Of a stretch of 64,000 nucleotides of DNA, positions 59,012 through 64,000 are shown piece after piece. The notes beneath the pieces are model-generated. The model saw nothing but the letters and a program-made list of their open reading frames with translations. It searched no databases and was not told the DNA's origin. The stretch is from the NCBI GenBank assembly GCA_965153355.1, contig OZ231126.1, forward strand, positions 46,252,001 through 46,316,000, given 5' to 3'. Positions within the stretch are counted from its first letter, which is position 1. Each line of letters opens with the position of its first letter. Both the position numbers and the translations under genes were made by a program. This DNA comes from Flaccisagitta enflata. Lineage: Eukaryota.

Positions 59012-60936
59012 GAATGAACGAATGAATGAATGAATGAATGAATGAATGAATGAATGAATGAATGAATGAATGAATGAATGAATGAATGGGAAGAACATGG
59101 GAAGGCATGAGAGGAAATACGAATCAGACGTCGTAATCGGGCGTTTTGAGCGGTTGATACATTTGCGTGACCGACCAACTAACCGAGCGACGGACGGAGG
59201 GAACCTCTTACTGAAATGCGAGGACGCACATAGACTTAAAACACTTGAACTTATGGAAACACATCAACATCGTTAACATTTTTTCTAACCTTGCGATTTG
59301 TGGTGCAGTCTGACATTGGTTGCGATTTGTCGATGGGGTTTTGAGGCGGACGAATGGCATCAAGTGGCTTCGTTGGACGATGAATGAAATCGTTTCTATC
59401 AAAATAGATGTAAATAAGTAAATGAGCTCTGTTGGGCAGCAAGAATGGTGTCGAATGACGACATTTAAAGCGGCAAAGGTGACGACAACAAAGATACAAA
59501 CAACAGTAAATAAAACAATAACAATACCAACAACAACCAACCATCCCCAGCAACAACAACCCAGCAGCATGACAGCAGCCCTGTAAGAGTGGATACAATT
59601 TCTGTCGCACGTGGTGGGCAAAACTCAGTGCTGGAGAGAAGGTCACTAAGGCATCTGAGCAGAGCCTTGTATCAAAAATAAAACTCTCTGTCATCAATCC
59701 TGCGTATTCATGGTCAATAAATGCCCAGTATGCCCTAAGTTAATGTATGTGAATGAGGTGTGGAGGGCAACGGCCCCGATAATAGGCCTATCAATTCTCC
59801 TTAGATAATTACTACTCAGTTTGGGGAAGGCTGGTTTGGAGAGGGCTAGAGCCTGGTTTGGCTCTGATCTGAATTAAGTGCTGAAACCAGAGTTTGAGGT
59901 CTGAAATAGTTGGGATCTGAAAGGCCTTATTTGGGTCTGAGGGGTCTAATTTAGGGTCTGAAAAGCCTGACATGGGGTCTGAGGCCTGATTTGGATCTGA
60001 GAGGCCTAATTTGAGGTCTGAGAAACTTGATCTTGGGTCTTGGAGGTCTGATTTGGGTTCTGGGAGGCCTGATTTGAGGTCTAGAAGCCTGATTTAGGGG
60101 TCGAAAAGGTCTGATTGAGTTGAAGCCTGATTAGGTCTGAGAAGGCTTTGTTGAGGCTTAAGAGAGGGACAGACAGACAGATGGGCCAGAAGCTGGAAAA
60201 GAGTACCTATGTCAGAATCATGGAAGTCTTGACACCCCCTCCAGGGCATGCCTTATAAGCATTGATGAGTCATGAGTGCCAGTGCCCATAGTGAAAGTGT
60301 GTGAGTGTGAGATGATGTTAGAAGGCATGGCTTCAAAAGAGGCAATAAGCCTCTGCCTTTCTTTTGAGCCTGGAGAGTGGATCAGAGGCCTTGAAGCCAG
60401 AGTTTGGCAGGCGGATTTGAGCCTCTTGGCCTGAATTTGTCCTGGGGCAGTTTATGACTCAAGGGTTGAATTGGGCCCTCAAAAAATGGATAGCAGATAC
60501 TGAGGAAGGGCTGGGATTCCTAGCGACATGAGGGCTGGATTTGCGTCCTCTCAGGAGGCTAAGAGAGAGAGAGGGTGAAGGAAAAGAAAAAAAATTTTAC
60601 TAGTGTAAAGCTGGAGTCTTAGCCTGAGACCACTTCTCTAAAAAAGAGATATAACAAACCAATAATGAGATAACAAATAGCGGGGTGTAGAGTCGCGTTG
60701 CACGCGACTAAAAACGACGAGAATAACGACAGCAACAACAACAGCAACAACAACAACGATAATAACAACAACAACAATAACAACAACTATTACCTTACCG
60801 CAAAAACAATTACTACAACGACAATGTCGCAGAAGCACCTGTAATTCGTGAGAGGGTCGAAGGGTGCCTCGTTGGGACAGTACTGATCACGATCTGCCGG
60901 CAACGTTCGTTGATACGGATGCTTCACATATTCCGT
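57564..60936 (-). CDS. SAXO: SAXO/FAM154-family stabilizer of axonemal microtubules, 5'-partial; exons 60936-60839, 59395-59290, 58590-58334, 58059-57914, 57739-57564
   Basis: Repeated Mn-like motifs (PFDPLTNYRNDF, PMSDCTTNRKDY, MDSDTTYRTNY, FNPNTSYRGEF, PFDGITTVSTDF, PIDHCTSYKTEF) and a C-terminal CPA..L....Y.Y...D.EGH..Y segment. GT-AG introns are phase-consistent. Upstream exons were not found in the window. Confidence 0.85.
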
Positions 60937-61011
60937 CTGTCAAAGAAGATCATGACGGCGAATTAAATTCATCAATCATAAAGAGAAAACGCGAAGAGGA
61001 AGAAGAAGAAG

Positions 61012-61043
<32 letters not shown>

Positions 61044-61250
61044 GAAGAACAAGCAAAAGAGCTAATAGAGGAAGAACTGAAAGCTCTTTTATCATGTTCA
61101 CGCGATCTCTGAGGAGATTTGAATTGCTAATGAGAAATGAGGAACCAGCAAAGAGTAACAACGACGTAGTTGGTATTTGTGAAGATGAAGCCACACCACT
61201 TAAATTACGCTGAGTGAGACGCAAACAGATAGGCTCAAAAACGCACCTAC

Positions 61251-61305
<55 letters not shown>

Positions 61306-61502
61306 ATGGACTTGGGTAAAGGCAAGAAGTGCGCCCAGCAACGACGGTTCCACAATCAAAGGATTTAGTTCGTACATGTCAGGCTTGTGGCACGTCAATA
61401 AGTATTTCAAATTTCAGGACAATCGCATCAATAGTTTAGAAGTTACGGCCTTTTTCATACTGAACAAGGCCAACACCTATAAGTCGCGTGCGAGATTTAC
61501 AG

Positions 61503-61715
61503 ACTTAAAATGACTTAGAATGACTTAGAGTGGCTTAAAATGACTTAGAATGGCTTAGAATGACTTGAAATGACCAAAAAGGACTCAAAATGACTAAATG
61601 ACCAAAAATAACTTAAAATGACTTAAAATGACTTAAAATGATTTAGAATGACTTAGAATGACTAGACATGACTTACAATGACTTTAGATTACTTAACACA
61701 CCCTACAATGACTTA
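61503..61715 (+). repeat. 10-bp minisatellite (AATGACTTAG/AA)n; a related array lies at ~1826-1905
   Basis: Directly visible tandem decamers. Confidence 0.85.
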
Positions 61716-64000
61716 AAAAATGTCTTAACGGACAAAAAAGTAAAAAAGGGGACCGACCGACCGACCGACGGACCGACAAAGCGGGGTGTAGAGTCGCGTA
61801 GCACGCGACTAAAAAGTAAAAGAGAAAACCGACGTTCTTTTTTCCGTTTTTTTTTTGAACTTGCCCCCAATCAAATTTTTGAATTTTTTGAAAAAAATAA
61901 TTTTACAGGTTTTGGATCTAGGCGAATAAAACAATTTCCTATCAATTGCACCCCACTTTTGAAAACCATTTTTCAAAAAAATATTTTGAAATTTTTTTTT
62001 CAAAGTCCCTGCACGCGATACAAAAAAATTTCAAAGTTTTTAAAACTAAATACAAGATTTTGGATCTAGGCAAATCAAACAATTTTTCTATTGTTCTTTT
62101 ACTTACAAAAGAAACAACTTTCAAAAAAAATAATTTGATTTTTCTCAGTCCTAGCTCATGACAAGAAATTTTAAATTTTCTGAAAAAATGAAAATGCCAG
62201 GATTTGGATTAAACCGTCAACAATTTCCTATTAGTTCTTGCCCACTTTTGAAAATAATTTTTAAAAAAAATATTTACATAGTTTTTAGTCTAGCTTGTGA
62301 CATAAAATTTTTCTAAGTTTTTTAGAAAAAGTAATCTAGATTTTGGATCTAGGCAAATCAAACAATTTCCTATTGATTGCACCCCACTTTTTTTTTCAAA
62401 AAAAAAAATTCTCAATAAGGGCTTTTTTGGGGGCCCTTAGGGGCCCCTAAGAAGAAAATGATAATGTTTAGTTAAAGCCGACGGCGAGATCAAATCTCAA
62501 AACTAAACAAGATAAATTATCTCCAAGATCAGTTTACATTCAGTTCTTTTAGATAATTATGTTCATTAATTTGAAAATTACAAATTATTTTTATTATATT
62601 AATCAACTTGTATTCTATTTATTTTCAGAGTACCAGCTCATTCTTAATCCGCCTGCGTTCAGCAGAAAATAGTACAGTTCGCTCCCGACTCATCCTGATG
62701 AAAATAAAATTTACAGTTCGCTTGACTCATCCGGTGAGGAATTTTGTTTCCATGCCAATCACGGCACTGTTAGGAGAAAAGTTTCATGCAGGGTACCAAA
62801 CGAAAGGTAATGACATGGTTTATCATCTAAGAAGGGCCCAAGCTTGCGTAGCTAAGCAATCCCACAAAAAGCAACAAATGTTGCTCCTGTATGTTTTTGG
62901 CGCTCCCAGCGGAAATGCTAAAATTAGAGGAGAAACCATTCTGATCAAGATTCAACGGGTTACTTTTCTTCAGGTCCTAATGTTTTTCTAGAGAGATGAA
63001 CCCCAAGTTGGGCCTTTATCCAGTAGAAAGGGGCGCCGCCGAATTATTTCTTTTTTTTTTATTTTTCCGCTAAAAAGAGACAAAGATAACGACATATGTA
63101 ATAAAGGGGAGACAAAGATAGCGACAAAGAAATAACAACAAGGAAATCCTGAGCCCGCATAGATCATTTCAAATCAAAATACGACAACCAAAAATGGTAA
63201 AAATTGTTACAGTTACCTTCTAACATGTCTCCCACCTTGGCGCTTTGTCCGTCCATCAGTGGTCCGTCTGTCGGTCTGTCGGTCTGTCGATCTGTCGGGT
63301 CGTCGGTCCGTTGGTCCGTCGTCCACGTTAGTCCATCGGTCCGTCGGTCATCGTCCGTCCGTCCGTCTGTCCAGTCCGTGAGCACAAGTCAAAAAGTGTG
63401 AAAACGCGCATTTTCGCCCCTGCCCACCCATCTGCAACTGGTATTAGCCGTGTATCCGGCCTTATTGGGTTACTCCTCTCCTCACTACTCACTAATGAGG
63501 ACTGACAAACGAATAGATGGACAAAGCCAGTTGGAGTTGAAAGTTACGATTTTTTTTGTTGTTTTTCTTGCTCAATTGTCATTGGAGAAGTTAATTTCCT
63601 ATTAAGATACTGTCGTCTGGTGTGGGGAACCGTAAAAAAGACCAAGGGCCCCTGGGAACCTCATTTCGGGAGCCCCAGGGGCCCAAGAGAGCCAAGTTGA
63701 CACCATCAAAAACGCTAAAAATGACCAAAATCATGACTTTTAGATTTCGTTCAGATAAATGAATTTTCCGAAAAGATTCTTTCATCTGGTATGGGGAACA
63801 GACAAACGTAAAGGGCCTATAGGAACCCCATCAAGGGGCCCTAAGGGCTCAGAAAAATATTGACACCATAGAAAAGCTGACAATGACAAGCTTGTTTCTG
63901 TATCATTGTATTTAGTTGTAAATTTTTAGTCGCGTGCACATCTACAACCCTTGTCCATCCAGTCCGGTTGGTTGGTCACACTTTAGTTTTTTATGATTTT

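Noticed and set aside
61100-63000. Upstream SAXO exons
   Set aside because: No Mn-like motif with compatible splice sites was found. The region is mostly repeat-derived, so the 5' part probably lies beyond the window.

Overview
AT-rich, microsatellite- and MITE-dense animal (invertebrate-like) genomic DNA with short spliceosomal introns; there is no sign of a prokaryotic origin. Five host genes can be reconstructed from GT-AG boundaries and reading phase. These are a 2-exon OAS-like nucleotidyltransferase (+, 7750-8896), a divergent class A GPCR (-, 3' end unresolved), a 9-exon SLC22 organic cation transporter (-, 16094-28401), a 6-exon RBP4/purpurin-like lipocalin (-, 47846-50561) and the 3' five exons of a SAXO/FAM154 microtubule protein (-, 57564-60936). 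A young, intact Bel/Pao LTR retrotransposon (31373-39538) has 548-bp LTRs differing at about 2 positions, a GCATT target-site duplication and a single 2067-aa ORF. The top finding concerns this element. Its LTR contains a canonical intron, it has no tRNA-type primer-binding site next to the 5' LTR, and the 11 nt in that position (GTCAAATTATG) are the exact reverse complement of the exon-exon junction (CATA|ATTTGAC) created by splicing that intron. This suggests splicing-dependent self-priming of reverse transcription. The rest of the window is nested non-autonomous DNA transposons (9-bp-TSD Mutator-like, 8-bp-TSD hAT-like, TA-TSD Tc1/mariner-like, foldbacks), Helentron/DINE-like interspersed elements and simple repeats. 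All coordinates were read by eye and no database searches were run.
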